From the IMG/VR virus record IMGVR_UViG_3300031773_000035, positions 1 through 25,235 of that record: DNA of 25,235 bases; one strand, 5' to 3'. Numbering within the stretch: the stretch's first letter is position 1; each line of letters opens with the position of its first letter. Positions 24,594 to 25,235 of this stretch are shown piece after piece. The translations under genes and the position numbers were made by a program. This DNA comes from a virus (Duplodnaviria > Caudoviricetes). The notes under the pieces were generated by a model that did not search any database, had not been told where the DNA came from, and saw nothing but the letters and a program-made list of their open reading frames with translations.

Positions 24594-25115
24594 ATGGCTC
24601 ACTTCGCTGAACTAGACGAAAACAATGTAGTAGTACAAATTCTTGTCATTGACAATAATGACATGACTATTGATGGTGTAGAAAACGAACAGTTAGGGAT
24701 TGATTTCCTTAACGATCATTACCCAGATTCAGGTACTTGGATTCAAACTTCTTACAATGGGAAGATAAGAGGTCGGTATGCAGGTGAAGGATCAGTTTAT
24801 TTACCTGATCGTGACCTTTTTCAAGTTGAACCGCAACCTTATCCTTCGTGGACTTTAGATGATGACGGTTATTGGAGACACCCAGAATCAGCAGGTGAAT
24901 GGCTTGCAGGTCATAGCTGGGATGAAGATTCTTTATCTTTCGTTAAACCTGACAGTCCTCATCCATCTTGGACATGGATTAGTAATGGAACAAAGATGGC
25001 TGGATGGTATGCCCCTGTTCCACATCCTTGGGAAGGGATCGCTCCTGAAGAAATTGATAATTCAACAGAGTATGAATGGAACGAAGAGACACAAGCATGG
25101 GATGAGATCGAATAA
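24594..25115 (+). CDS. Conserved companion of the Gly-rich fibre (MAHFAELD-type; possible fibre chaperone or assembly protein)
   Basis: MAHFAELDENNVV...WIQTSYNGKIRGRYAG.G..Y....D.F..PQPYPSW, followed by Trp/Pro-rich repeats. Starts immediately after the upstream stop. Confidence 0.65.
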   Translation: MAHFAELDENNVVVQILVIDNNDMTIDGVENEQLGIDFLNDHYPDSGTWIQTSYNGKIRGRYAGEGSVYLPDRDLFQVEPQPYPSWTLDDDGYWRHPESAGEWLAGHSWDEDSLSFVKPDSPHPSWTWISNGTKMAGWYAPVPHPWEGIAPEEIDNSTEYEWNEETQAWDEIE

Positions 25116-25156
25116 TGGCTGTTGAAATGATTGAAGCAGCGAAAGAAGAGTAAATA

Positions 25157-25235
25157 ATGACCTACAGGTCATCTGTTCTATATAGATCAGGCAAATACCG
25201 ACCCGGCGTTTATGAGCTTTTATATAGAAATACTT
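25157..25235 (+). CDS. 5' fragment of the next ORF (MTYRSSVLYRSGKYRPGVYELLYRNT...), truncated by the window end
   Basis: ATG at 25157, frame open to the window edge, repeated YR motifs. Confidence 0.5.
   Translation, partial: MTYRSSVLYRSGKYRPGVYELLYRNT

Noticed and set aside
22254-25235. Diversity-generating retroelement target/template repeats or a CRISPR array
   Set aside because: The only long repeat is in-frame, and its differences are not adenine-specific. There is no reverse transcriptase and no regularly spaced repeat in the window.

Overview
A co-directional (+ strand) virion packaging and structural module of a tailed dsDNA phage, probably podovirus-like, since no tape-measure or tail-tube gene is recognisable in the window. 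Gene order: terminase large subunit with a fused N-terminal HTH, small ORF, portal, an unannotated 29-aa Cys-rich peptide, Pro-rich protein, five large probable internal-virion/ejection proteins (the first is polyvalent, with an ART-like domain), scaffold, HK97-fold major capsid, cement/decoration protein, then fibre and glycine-rich adhesin genes. Most genes are translationally coupled by ATGA, TAATG or GTGA overlaps. The 1.16-kb region upstream of terL is largely non-coding but structured. On the minus strand it carries a complete type III hammerhead ribozyme (141-206) whose stem III sequesters the Shine-Dalgarno of an unannotated 35-aa hydrophobic peptide, preceded by a multi-hairpin leader. 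It also holds repeated TGAC-Nx-GTCA palindromes. The top candidates for new biology are (1) ribozyme-cleavage-gated translation of a small membrane peptide and (2) a stand-alone peptide resembling the C-terminal redox tail of ribonucleotide reductase, embedded in the head operon. All family assignments come from motif recognition by eye; no database searches were run.
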